From assembly GCA_036172245.1 (NCBI GenBank), contig JAYWIR010000005.1, positions 4,030,001-4,094,000 on the forward strand: DNA of 64,000 nt. The letters run 5' to 3'. The notes under the pieces were generated by a model. It made no database searches. It was not told the DNA's origin and saw nothing but the letters and a program-made list of their open reading frames with translations. Below are positions 23,801 to 35,100 of this stretch, piece after piece. This DNA comes from Raillietiella orientalis (lineage: Eukaryota). The position numbers and the translations under genes were made by a program. Numbering within the stretch: position 1 is the first letter of the stretch; every line of letters starts with the position of its first letter.

Positions 23801-24300
23801 CCTTGGGTTCGCTTCCCCGTTTCGAATGCTCTCGCGGTGCCTGCGCGCCTTTCTTCCTTTCCTTTTGCGTCCTCGTCTCCGCGCAGCTCCTACCTGTTTT
23901 CAACTTCCGCGGGGGTTCCTGAGGATGCGCGGTATCGACAGACGGAAGACGCCCGATACGCTGCTGCTGCTACTGCGCTCCCGGTGTTATCGAAGTTGCG
24001 AAACCCACGTGCTCTTCTCCACGGCGGGGCGACGTGACCGTCCGCAAGATGGCGAAACGAAAGTCGAGATTGCTATCCAGGGGGAAAGCAGCACACGCAC
24101 GCGGGAGAGCGTGGCATGCGCGCGCACCCTACGCGTGCCGGACCTCCAAGGAGTCTCCCCGCATGCAACGACCGCCGATTCGGCCTGCAGCGCGGAGATC
24201 GACGCATCCCTGGAAATCCACCGTGCTGGAGGGAGTGCGATGCTTCTAAGCACTTGGACGTCGAGGAGGAGGAACATGTACGAACGACACTGTTGCGTGC
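20900..24300 (-). mobile_element. Decayed RT-RLE retrotransposon (NeSL/Utopia-like)
   Basis: VLLAWMRD...WSV (cf. AWLDLxNAFGSV), PLTRGVRRCL (cf. IxRGVRQGCP), VFLLAC (YADD region), EKYL, and RLE-like HVPNTD...LPNETKAHL...RK, all on the minus strand in the expected order. Confidence 0.5.
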
Positions 24301-25299
24301 ATTCCTTCCGGTGGGGCTGGGTGCTCACATCCCTTAGTCGGAAGAAAGCATCCTAGGAAAACGAGCATTCTAGTAGCAAAGAAACGGGGGAAAGTCCCAG
24401 AAAAGGGGAACTGGGGCTTACACTCGTCTCTCTCGTCCTCACTCCGTCCTCGCGGGAAGACCCATTTGACTCATGGGATGTTTGGTTTTTGCTTTTATTC
24501 TTCGTGGGCGCTGTGGGCACTCTGAAGTCGGAGGACAACCAGGAGAACGGCAACTGCGCCCGACACACGATGCAGCGCAGCGGTCCCTAAATTCCCGTCG
24601 CAGCTCTTTACCCCATCATCGCTCTCCAATCCAATCACCCAGAAATCTCATCCGACGTCTCGGCGCTCGGGGGCGTTCGGTCTTTGCATCCTTCCGCCTC
24701 CGGCACACGTCGCTCTTGCTGTTTCCTTTACCCTGCTCCTGGCTGCAGGCTTGTCTGATCCCAGCTCTCCTCTGTGTGCGCCTCCCTCCAACCCGGTTCC
24801 TCGATGGCCCACCAGTCATCGAATTTGTATGGCATCTCTCTGCAGCCGGGTTGCACAGCGACACCGTTGCCGTGAGATACGCTCTGCGACTCAGCCGGGG
24901 AAGGTTCTCGAATAGCAATAACTCACGCCAGAGAGAGGGAGAGGAAGACTGTTGCGACAACGCCTATGAGAAAGGACATTTTTTTGTTGTTGTTTTTTGT
25001 TCTTCACACAAGCGAACGCCAACTCGAAAAGAGCGTCAGCTCTGAGCCGTGAATCCAGGGATGGATGACAACGTGCTGGCGCCGTCAAAGAACTCTCGGC
25101 ATAAGTCTAAGATTAGAACGAGGTTTCTTCCGAAACAGGGAAGCCAGCAACATCGGAAGGGGGACGCGAGCCGGACGTCATGTCCAGGAGCGAGATGCTG
25201 CACGGGTCTTGGAAGACTCGCGGCTTCCGAGTTTCAGGCGCGAGAGGAGGAGGGTTTCAAGGTTCGTACGCGTCCGGGAACCGCTGAAGACAATTCGCG

Positions 25300-26110
25300 G
25301 CAGACTGTCGCGATTTCTCCAGCTGTCCCGGGAACGTAAACACCGGAAGTGCTCTAGGGCAATACTGATTGGGGAGCGGCTCAGCCTCTCAGGGCTAAGA
25401 TGAGAGACCAGCAGGAATTCCTCGGTTCTTTCCAGAAACAAAATTTCGGAAACCGAAAGTGAAGAACCAGACGCCAAAGGCAGACCGAGGTCCCCAGCGG
25501 CAAAAACAGTGGTTTCCATGGGCTCAGCGGCAGTCAGAAACTCACTTAGCGATTCCAGCTCGCCTGCGGCATGCTGAGGCTGTAGCCAAGGTTTCGCAAG
25601 GTCGTCTGGGTAAGGAGGGATCATTCCGTAGACCAGTGGCTTCGGCAGCGACATCCTCGCTCCCTGGAATCATCATGGCAAGTCATCGAAAATATGTAAA
25701 AGCACAGTGAAAGATGTTTCCGGAATGCAAGAGCGGCTCCAGTGGCTTGGATACTTTGCAAGAAGCAGTGCTGGAGGAAGGGAACGTATTCTTCCTGACA
25801 TGCTCAAAATAGGTTCAGTGGTCGAAGCGAGACGGGAGGGGGAAGGGGGCCCTTGATAGAAGGGAAGCATGCTCAGCTAGAGGAAGATTCGTCGGCGCAA
25901 AGGAGCAAGAACTTAAGGTTATTCGGAACAGCTTCCTGTCTATGGTGCAGAGAATGTTCTTGGTGATCAAACTCGATGCCATCTGAGCCGCCTGTCGGAG
26001 ACTCAGCATCGAACAGGAGAACTTGCGCTGTAGGTGAGAGGAGCCGAGAAGGCTTCGTCCAGGAAGAGAGGGAGCTTGGAGAAAAATCCGTCTATAGCGA
26101 TAGATTCGGT
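25300..26110 (+). mobile_element. Decayed RT C-terminus/thumb of an RLE-clade retrotransposon
   Basis: SGLR (GLxFN region), frameshifted ILAPWN (cf. LAPWQK of Utopia/NeSL) and GGEGGL (thumb GGxGL). Confidence 0.4.
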
Positions 26111-26118
26111 CCCCCGGT

Positions 26119-26545
26119 GAGCGGACCCCTCTCATCGGGGACCCCTCCGGTTTGAAGATGGAGCAGGAGCCCTCACAGGCATCTCTTCAGTTGTTCAAAG
26201 GAGCATACCCCCCCTGTTGTGGGAGGGACCCTCCGAGTCCTCGCCTCTTCACAGAGTGCAGGGAAGCAAGCGAGAGCGATTCCCTTGCGGGAAGCTACAG
26301 CTCCCCTTCTGAATTTCAGAAGCGTCCCTTCGAGGTTCTCTTCAGAGGAGTGAACAGGAGCGGTTCCCTTGCGGGTTCCCTCCGGAGAAGGTGAAATGGA
26401 GAGACTTCCTCCCCCCCCCCTATTAGGTGGGTGTCCCTCCGGAGAGAATGAGGAAGGAGATTTCCCTTCGGGGTTCCCCTTCGGAGACAACCAGGGTGGG
26501 AGATGCGATCCCCCCCTCCCGAGTGGGTCCCTCCCCAAGCGTGAG
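26119..26545 (+). repeat. Interspersed repeat family R, copy 2
   Basis: Closely matches the reverse complement of about 32740-33157. The conceptual translations FKMDQESSQAPLQLFKG...PSGENEEGDFPSGFPFGDNQGGRCDPP are nearly identical. Confidence 0.9.
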
Positions 26546-26559
26546 ATTCTGCTCTCGAG

Positions 26560-27000
26560 AAAGAGAAGCGAGAATAAGTGGTCCCATAGCAGCGATCAAG
26601 AGGGGGAGTGAACAAACTCATCGGGGTTCACTTCTTCAACGCGGGGGAAGAGACGGCGAGAATGCCAACGTGGATGGGCGGCGTAAAGAAGTACTGCAAA
26701 GCTCTCGCCTCGAAAGGCGGCGGCACGAACGCCCGTAAAGAGGAACGTTCGGCAGATCGAATGGAGGTAGGGGAGAGTTGAAACGCAGCATAGGTGCATG
26801 ATGTCTGGTCGGATAGGCCAAGGACCAACCGGAGCGAACGCACGCAAATGACAGGCAGCCAGCTGGCAAAGTTCTTTTTCCCACCACAGTCTGCCAGAGT
26901 AACGAGTTGGGCTCGCTGTGTGCGACAGGGCCGATGATAGAGGACGCCACGTTGCCGCACTGTGGCCGAAAAGCTCAAAACTGCAATGGGGTTAGCTTAA
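26560..27000 (-). mobile_element. Decayed RT fragment
   Basis: LPVICVR...FLFTGVRAAAFRGESF (cf. GxPxxFI...IxTGVRQGxPLSxxxF). Shares a 67-bp tract with the RT remnant at 28507-28573. Confidence 0.45.
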
Positions 27001-27949
27001 AAGCACAGTAACATGTCCCGAAACGGTCGAAGAATCACGGATAGCCGATGGTAGAATGTAGCCTCCACGCAGAAGCGGAGACATCTTTCATCTCTGAGGT
27101 CGTAGCCACCGTGCTCGTCTTCTGCGATACAGCAACGGTCAGTTGGATGTTTGGTTCGCCTTTTTCGAGGTTTCCTTGTTGTATTTTCCCAAAGCTTTGC
27201 TCTCAGCTGCCAACAACCACCTGCTCGCAATAAAAACCTAAAATGCAGCAAGGAACGAGGTTGCCAGCACCAGCCCTGAGGAAATACCATTTAAAACAAG
27301 AGTGAAGAGAGACTTCCTGACTCGCCACGTGGCCGATGCCCTGTTATGTCTTTGCACATCACAATCTACATGAAGTGAGGTCAATGGCGTAAATATTAAT
27401 GGTAATCGGAAGTGACTCCAGAGAAATCACTTGCTCACGATCAGTCTTTCGCGGTAGGTGGGGGGCCAAGAAGGCTTAGGCCGGGAAGGTAAGGTAGGGG
27501 GGAGGATTTTTCCATCCCTAGCGACAGAGTTCTGTTTACGGGAAAGGGCGGAAATCATAAGGGCATGGAGCGAAAAGAAGTGGTCTCATCGCCAAGCGCC
27601 AGTGCGGTTCAATGGAAAGGATGCTGTGTAGGAGGATGGAGGCTCGAGTTGTTGGCACGCGCGCGCGTGCTTTTCCCTTCTGCGGCGCTTCGGGAAAGCA
27701 GACGCGTGTCGGGACCTCGTTCGGGGACCGCAGGGAGGTGCGTCCTTCCCGGACCGAACGCCACGCGCCGACGACGCGCAGTCCGGAAAGGCACTCGCCT
27801 GCGTCTGCTTTTCGTGTCGCGGGCGGTCTGGCGCGTGCGCCGTGCGACTCCTCTTCCGCTCATCGGAGATTTCCAATTCGGGTAATGCTGAAAATAACCC
27901 TCTTTGTTCCCGGCTAACGTGATCCCAGCACCTCTCGTCTCCTTCCGGC

Positions 27950-30870
27950 TCACTCTCGGATTCGCAGCGGTGCAGAGTGGATGCATCTGCGGAAGGAACG
28001 GGAACGTGCGCGTCCTTCTTGGAATCTGTTCAGGATCGATCCCGGCCGCACACACTCCCGTTCCGCCGAAGAAAAGAACCTCCGAAGGCAGTAGTGCCAC
28101 TCACTGCTTCGCTTCGGCACAAAAAGGGGGAAGAGGCAGATGCTTTGTGCATAATCAACCTGCAAGAAAAAATTTTCTCGATTCTTCGAAAGAATCAATG
28201 AACGATCTGTTCCCTCAAGAGCCAGCTTGGACTCATCCTGAAGAACGGGGTGTCGGGGAATCGCTCGATGCCCACGCCTTGGGAGGGAAGAAGGGATGTA
28301 GGGGAGAAGGAGGTGGTACGGCGGCTTCACGGGTCACGTCACATCCGAGGCAGGTCGGAAGGGTGGGTCTCCTGGATTCTGCTTAACGATCTCTTGAGCG
28401 TTTCTGGTTCCGTCGCTTCTTCTCCGGAAGGTAGCAGCAGTTTGTGGGCCGATCAGCGGATGTATACTGGAAAAATGCTTCCAGTTCCCTTCATAAAGGA
28501 TCCTGACCGGTTGGTTCTTGGCCTCTCCGACCAGACATCACGCACCTTTGCTGCGTTTCAACGCTCCCCTACCGTCATTTGATTTGCTTCCTTTGGTCAT
28601 TTCGTTGGCTGGTAACCGAGGGGATGTTCCTGTTGCTGGAGTTTCCCCCTGAGGAATCAGCGATGCTCTCTCTCCCTCAATTCTTGGATATCCTTGCCTT
28701 TTTCCTGTTCCCTTTCCGCGCTCTGACTGCACGCTTGCCCTCGAGGCAGCTTGCGACCTTCAGTCTGGATTGCATCCAGACTGCTGACGCATCTGGGATC
28801 TCGCTCCGCTATTGAATCAAGCTATCGTGTCCTCAAAGATAGAACTACCTTTTCGGCTTCTGCACTAGTTGGGTTGCTTCTTCCGCTCTGCTGCTGTTAA
28901 AGGCAACTGCCACGTGTGCGCCTGATTGGAGAGCAGAGTCATGAGACTCGACTTAGCTCAATGGTTTACGACACCGGATGCGGAACATTTTGCACACCAC
29001 GGTCTTGCTCACGAATTGTTTTCTTCGGTTGTGGAAACGGAGCCGTCCATCGCGTACCATGGAGCTGGTTGATACGGCCATCGGGAGGGGAGTGTTGCCT
29101 CTCCAGAGTATCAGAAGCAAGTTGCTCCCCTGAGAGTTCTCTTCAGAGGAGCAAACAAGGAGCAGTTCCTTTGCGGATGCCCTATGGAGAAGAAGTTCAG
29201 GAGTGGATCTTCTCCGGCTTCCGTTCGGAGAGGAAATGAGGAGTGGCTTCCAACGGAAGGCTCCTCCGGAGAGAATGAAGAAGAGGTTCTCTTCGGGGTT
29301 CCTTCCCCAAGAGCAAGACGAACGGACTCCCTTTTACGAAGCCTTCCTGGATTCATAGGGTGGTCCCTCCGGGGTCACCCCCCTGACCTGAAGGGTTGCA
29401 TGGACAGTGTCAAAGAGCTTCGTGAGTTTCTTCTAAGGAGATGAACGGTTCTTCAGCACTAAGAGATTGCTTTCTTCCTGGTGCACCAGGAAGCTACGCC
29501 GTCGAGTCCTCAGAGTCTGCCGATGCTGCACACAAACGTGCGAGCAAACGTCAGCCTAGTTCCTTGTCTCTGGTTAGGGAAGCCGTAATGAGAAGCTGCG
29601 GCATCAAGATGAGGTGTCAGTTCAGGAAGTTTCGTCGGGATAGTTCACGGTTGTGATCCTGGTGATGGCAATCGAACTATAAAGAATGAACGGAGGACCA
29701 CTGCCAGCAGCCGAGGACGTTCTTTCATTCTTTCCATCTCTCACAAGCAGCTCTTTCATCTCACCCAAGGCACCTCGGTTTTCTGGATGACGTCAATGGG
29801 CTCCTCGCCTTCGGCCTGTCCAAGACTCGTTCGATTGCCATTCGTGCTGGAGTCCGTTTGTGAAACTGAACATTGAGTGGCTTCCTTGGCTCGCGGCGCT
29901 GGCCACCAGGATCTTGTTGTAAGCGTGCAGTTTCGCTCTGCGCCGTGGCGATGCTGGAATGAGTGCTCGTGGCCTAGCTGCGCCTGGTGGCTGTCTCTAC
30001 TGCCTGGTGGTACGTCTGGCTCGTTTGCTGACTCCTCGAACTGTCTTCCAGTGCAGTGAAGGAGTCTGCCATCGAGATCCGCCGGTGCTCTTTGGCTTCC
30101 TCAGAGCAAGCCTCCGCTCAGTAGCACGCTTGGAGTCGTCCGCTCCCCACCTGGAACGGATTCCTCCCATCCAGTATCCTATCCCGAATGTTCCTCCTCT
30201 TGACCGGCTCGATGGGGGGAGGGGACCACCGTCTCCATCGCAGGGGGTGTGCCGTTCCAATTCTCCGGTTTCAGCTGGTTAAAAATTAGTCAGCCTGTGA
30301 TGCACGCATGCAAGCGCGCCCATCAGAAAATCACCGCGGATCGGATGCTCTCGATGCCTCCCTCCTGTTCTCTGTTTGCTGGAGCTTTTCATCCGTCGGT
30401 CGAAAAGACTGGATGGAGAGTGATCGTTGCTCAGCATCCCGAAGCAGGGGGGACGGCACACTTGAGTCTCTCACTTTCCATTCTTTCGTGAGCCACCGAC
30501 AGGCCCGGATCACGGTTTTCGCACGGGATCTGTCGCGGCAGCAGGGACTTCTTGCACCTCTCAGATCCGCGAATTTCGCGGTCTCGGGGTGGACGCTGGA
30601 TCTTCTCGAAAAAAGTAAATCTTTTCCGAAAGAAAAAGCAAACGAACGCGGATGCAGATGATTCATTGCAGAGGAACGGAAGGACGTGGACATTAACAAG
30701 TTATAGATCATTTGGAAAGAGCCACAGATTGAAGCGCAGATAAACCTCCTCCTGTGTTGCGGTTCCAATGTATAAAACATTTCCGTGCTGTAGTGGCTCT
30801 CGAGACAATCCCAAGCGGTGGAACTCTTGATCTAGTATCAGCTCTTCGTTAAGCTTATCTTCCTTCCTGT
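27950..30870 (+). mobile_element. Decayed near-full-length RT-RLE retrotransposon interrupted by repeat R
   Basis: Ordered remnants: TPVPPKK (RT1), LLNDLLSVSGSV (RT3), LPVPFIK and WLVTEG (RT4), AYHG (YLG), SALRDCFLP (thumb), then RLE-like APLRSA...LD...SF...RK...LLLCCGS. Confidence 0.5.
29095..29393 (+). repeat. Interspersed repeat family R, copy 3 (inserted into an older RT remnant)
   Basis: Shares TGCCTCTCCAGAGT, GTTCTCTTCAGAGGAG, CCGGAGAGAATGAAGAAG and CCTTCCTGGATTCATAGGG...TGAAG with the other copies. Confidence 0.8.
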
Positions 30871-32408
30871 TCATTGATCGCGGTTCATTTTCAAAAACCG
30901 TGTCTTCCGCTGTTCATGCTCAAGTGACGAAAGCAGATAAAAGAAGCCGGTGCCGAGCCGGGAAGGAGACAGAACAAGCGAGAAGAGTTGGAGCTCGCTC
31001 CAAACTGGGTGAGGAGGGGAGGGGAGGGAAAAGGGAGTCAGAAGGGATGGTTTTCGATGCACCCTCAAAGCTCGCTCCTCCCTCTTCCCCCTCTTTCCTG
31101 GAGTGACTTCCGAGGTCCGAGGCGGTCCGTACTGCTTCCTCGTCGAAGTGAGTTGCGAGCCTCGCGCGTGATGCCTGGACATGGCAGCGTATGGATGAAT
31201 GATTTTACGGGGGGTGGCATGGCGCTCGCGAGCACCATTCCGATGAGGACGGATGCGGAAGCGGTCGGAAGTCACGCGGTGTGAAATTTGCAACATCTTC
31301 AACGCTCTGTAAGATGTTATTTCGTTCGCCCTGCTCGCATCTTTGGGCAAGAATTCGCTTTCGTTCAAAGTCCGTCCATTCTGTTCCTGCTCTACCACCG
31401 CCTACCTGCTTGTCTGCACGCGAATGGAGTCTCACTGTGGTTATCCATGACAGGAAGGGAAGGGAAAGGAAGGGGGAGGGGTATAGCTTTTTTTCCATCA
31501 CGAACAAGGAAAAAGCTGCTTTCCTTGTTTCACTGACAATTGGGATTGAACGGTCGGGCCGCGCTTCACTCGGTCATCTTTTTCGAGCAAGAAGCGCGGA
31601 CCCCGGTGAACCCATCGTTGGGTTGCTCGACCGCTCGGATGATTTCCTGCGAGGGAAAACTGCGAGCACGTCGCTCGCGTCGTTGGTGAGTGGTTGGGCG
31701 GGAGCGTGCCCTGGAACCGAGATGGGATCTTCTGGGCAAGACGAGGAGGAACCTGGAGCTGCGATGGAGGGGATCGCTTCCTAGTGGATCCGAAGCGAGG
31801 AAGACGCGGGTGAAGGACTTCACAGGGGCGCGCACGAACGAGGAGTTCGACCGCCTGCCCGGATCCACCTCGCTACCCGCTCCGCGAAATGGGGACACAT
31901 GAAGAGCGAAGCACGCCCGGGGGAAAGAAGGGAGAGGGACAGCATGGATTTGCCGCTGGCCCTACCCCTCATGCAAGAGTGAGATGAGTAACTACCGGCA
32001 GGAAACAGGGAATCGTCTTTGCGGCCATTTTGGCAGCATACCAGAGCGTCTTGAACTTCGTGGTGGATTGCGACTGCCAGAATGGCGCTCGACAAGGAGT
32101 CAAGATGGAGAGATGAGCTCCTGGACCTCCGTGACCGAGAGCACAGACTCCAGAGCCACGGAGAAAACAGATTTCTAGCCGAAAGAGGTCTTCCTTCTCA
32201 TCAAGGTCGGCAGATTTTCGGATATCAAGTCGGTTACGCGGCCATCGTAACTGCCACGCTTTCTGCGAAGGTGCTGAGCTGGACCACTGGGTGCTCAGTC
32301 GAGTGGCCGATCGTGATGGAAGCGGAAGGTATGCAAGGGGGTATGCAAGTGGGACATGAGAGAGTATGACGAGAATGATTTCCGGTCTAGTGATTTTTTC
32401 CAAAAAAA

Positions 32409-32665
32409 CGGAAAGCAACGCCCTTTGGAAAAAGGCGTTGCTTTTTTTTTCTGAAAAAAATCTATTTAGCATTTTGAATTATTACAAAAACTGCTGCTGG
32501 AATGGCTCTGGAGAATCTTTCGCGAATGATGTTTCCTCCGTGTTTTTCACGGTTCCTCGGTGCTTTCTTCCGGGGTGAGAGCATTGTCCAGATCATCTGG
32601 TTGGGCTGCATTTTTTCTTCTTGTGTTTGCATAGATGCTACTTGAAAAGCGGATGCAGGTGGCTA
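32409..32665 (-). mobile_element. 3' end (last ~40 codons plus 3' UTR with hairpin) of a young RLE retrotransposon
   Basis: Reverse complement of 33829-34093 at roughly 90% identity; encodes ATCIRFSSSIYA...QPDDLDNALTPEESTEEP*. Confidence 0.9.
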
Positions 32666-32667
32666 TT

Positions 32668-33422
32668 CTTCAAGATAGGGGGCACCCCAGGAGGGGAGTC
32701 CGCCCTATGAATCCAGGAAGGGCTCAGAGTCCGTTCCTTTCACGTTTGGGGAGGGATCCACCAGAGAGGGGGGGGGATCGCATCTCCCACCCTGGTTGTC
32801 TCCGAAGGGGAACCCCGAAGGGAAATCTCCTTCCTCATTCTCTCCGGAGGGAGACCCACATAATAGGGGAGGAGGGGGTCTCTCCATTTCACCTTCTCCG
32901 GAGGGAACCCGCAAGGGAACCTGTTCAGTCCTCTGAAGAGAACCCCGAAGCTTCCGAAATTCAGAAAGGGCGCTGCAGCTTCCCTCAGGGGGATCGCTCT
33001 CGTTTGCTTCCTTGCACTCTGTGAAGAGGCGACGACTCGGAGGGTCCCCTTCGCAACAGGGAGGGTCCACTCCTTTAAACAACTGGAGAGGTGCCTGTGA
33101 AGACTCCTGATCCATCTTGAAACCGAAGGGGTGCCCCCGGTGAGGGAAGTCCGCTCTCCGTTGCACGACCGGAGGGGGAACTCCCCACTCCTTGATTCCT
33201 GGAAGGATCCGAAGGTCGACTCCTATTGTTCCGGCCTTCATCGGGGCCTCCGGGCTTTAAACCGCTACCGGTGCCACGCCGAATGATTCGGCCAACCAGC
33301 GCCGTTGCAGGAGAAGCTCGAAACCCAACGACGCAATGGCGTCAGTTTCTGCCGGAGATTTTGAACCCGCGACGCATGGTACCACACGCGGAAGCCTTAA
33401 CCGCAAAGCCTCCGACGCGAGC
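32668..33422 (-). repeat. Interspersed repeat family R, copy 4 (longest, ~755 bp)
   Basis: Its reverse complement aligns with the three plus-strand copies; homology to copy 1 is traceable to about 33422. Confidence 0.85.
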
Positions 33423-34093
33423 ATGAAGCACGTGTCTCTGACAATGCAGCGCCATGATGCTATCCTAGAAATTATCAAGAAGGCCGCAACGGATGAAGCC
33501 AAGTGGACTCTGGTATCAAGTAATCGCAGAGTGTCAGGAACCACTTCCACCCTAAAACCAGACCTGGTTTTAGAAAAAAGCGACCGAGTAGGTGTGCTGG
33601 ACATCTCCTGCCCATTTGAAAACGGAAAGGAGGCGTTCACCACATCGAGGAAAATAAAGGAGGCCAAATACCATGATGTCCCCATGCAACTCGGAAACAC
33701 TGGGAAAATAACCAAAGTGCAGGAGATCATCGTCGGCTCGCCTGGAGCATGGGATCCTGAAAACGACAACGTTCTACAATACCTAGGAATTCCGAAGAAG
33801 AAGCCGATCAGGCTACGACAGCGGATGGTAGCCACCTGGATCCGCTTGTCAAGTAGCATCTATGCAGCACAGGTCAGAAGGAAAAAGGTTGCAGCCCAAC
33901 CAGATGACCTGGACAATGCTCTCACCCCGGAAGAGAGCACCGAGAAACCGTGAAGAACACGGAGGAAACATCATCCGCGAAAGATTCTCCAGAGCCATTC
34001 CAGCAGCAGTTTTTGTATTAATCCAAAACGCTAAATAGATCCCCCCCCCCTCCAAAAAAAGCAACGCCTTTTTCCAAAGGGCGTTGCTTTCCG
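33423..34093 (+). mobile_element. 5'-truncated non-LTR retrotransposon: open restriction-like endonuclease (RLE) domain plus 3' UTR, NeSL/Utopia-like
   Basis: Uninterrupted frame to the stop at 33953: QRHDAIL...TLKPDLVL...VLDISCPFENGKEAF...RKIKEAKY...IIVGSPGAWDPENDNVLQYLGI...MVATWIRLSSSIY. This is the RH / PD..D / K..KY / G..GAWDPxN signature of NeSL/Utopia-type RLE domains. The 3' UTR ends in an 11+3 bp hairpin (34058-34090). Confidence 0.9.
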
Positions 34094-34339
34094 CGCGAGA
34101 ATGTAGTTCCTAAGGAAGTTCTGGCTGTCTCCGCTCTCCACCTTATCAAGGGAAGCGTTCCACGAGCATCTGCGGCGGCAGAAAATCCTCGCATCCTTTA
34201 GGTGACGAATCTGCGCGGGGATGCTAGCTGCCAGCATCAAGAACTCCCGGAGCTCGACTTCAGCTCTTTCTTGCTGCCATTACCTTCATCGCTGTCATCG
34301 TGGTTAGCTCTCGTGAGATGTGAATGTCTCCCATCCAGC

Positions 34340-35100
34340 TGTGAACCCATGGACGACTGTCCGAATTCGGCTCTTGAAGGTTCCCTTCCGTGGTCCAGAA
34401 GATGTTTCACTCAGAGCGCAAATCAACGTTTTCTAGTACTCTCTGCCTGCATTGCCTGAAAGGCTACGTAGTTCTACTCTTTCGCTTAGAGGTGTGCCAC
34501 CAGTTTCCAGTCACGCTGCTGTTTCGGAAACCAAAGTACTCTGGAAACTCGACCCCGACCATTCTTATAATCCATACAAGTCACCATTTTCAGTCTAGAA
34601 GTAAAGAGTGCAAAGAAACGAAATGCTTTCACAGGACATCCCCCTCCTTCCCTCACCCAAAATGGCTGTTACGTGATGGAACAGTTAAAGATGGATGAAT
34701 TTACTAGTTTTTGGTAAAATAAAGAAACTGTTGCTTCGGTTGTTTAGACTGAGGAGACAGAGCCTTCGAAGTTCGCCAGAATACGGCAGATGTTGGCTAC
34801 GAACCGGTGGATGACTGTACCACTTCGACTCTTAGAAGGTTCCTTCCTTGGTCCAGGAGATGCTTCACCTAGAGCACGAATCAACGGCTTCCAGTCCTCA
34901 CCAGCATGTCTCTCGCCGAGGAACATCCTTGTAGTTTTACGTCTCTTGGGAAAGACGTTGAGCGCAGTCGAAATTCCTTCAAAGTCGCTCGTCTTTCTTG
35001 GAGTTGGCTCGTCGTTTTTTCCTTCCGATGGCGCACAGGCTGCTGCTCTCTGTGTTGTAGTTTCGTCCTTCCACACTTTTCACGATCGAGCGAACGGGAA
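34340..35100 (-). mobile_element. Decayed RT N-terminal region, partly duplicated
   Basis: LIRALGEASPGPR (cf. KSPGPDG). About 100 bp is directly duplicated (34343-34441 and 34801-34899). Confidence 0.4.

Noticed and set aside
25178..25654. Minus-strand LESLSEFLTAA... as the Sans SAM domain
   Set aside because: It is on the wrong strand for Sans, and the plus strand here carries RT/thumb motifs (ILAPWN).
30833..30860. TAGTATCAGCTCTT...AGCTTA resembling the U2 sequence downstream of the Utopia target site
   Set aside because: The match is short and falls within the decayed RLE coding tail rather than after a 3' UTR.
5500..32400. Many long overlapping ORFs (200-412 aa) on both strands
   Set aside because: They are Arg/Gly/Pro/Ser-rich with no coherent domains, as expected from stop-codon scarcity in GC-rich DNA. 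The recognisable parts are TE relics or short Sans exons.
32387..32444. Helitron-type 3' end (hairpin followed by CTAG) on the minus strand
   Set aside because: The hairpin belongs to an RLE retrotransposon 3' UTR, and the second copy has no CTRR after it.
33336..33422. ATG and N-terminus of the 205-aa ORF as a stand-alone nuclease gene
   Set aside because: The first ~29 codons are antisense repeat R sequence fortuitously in frame with a 5'-truncated RLE domain.
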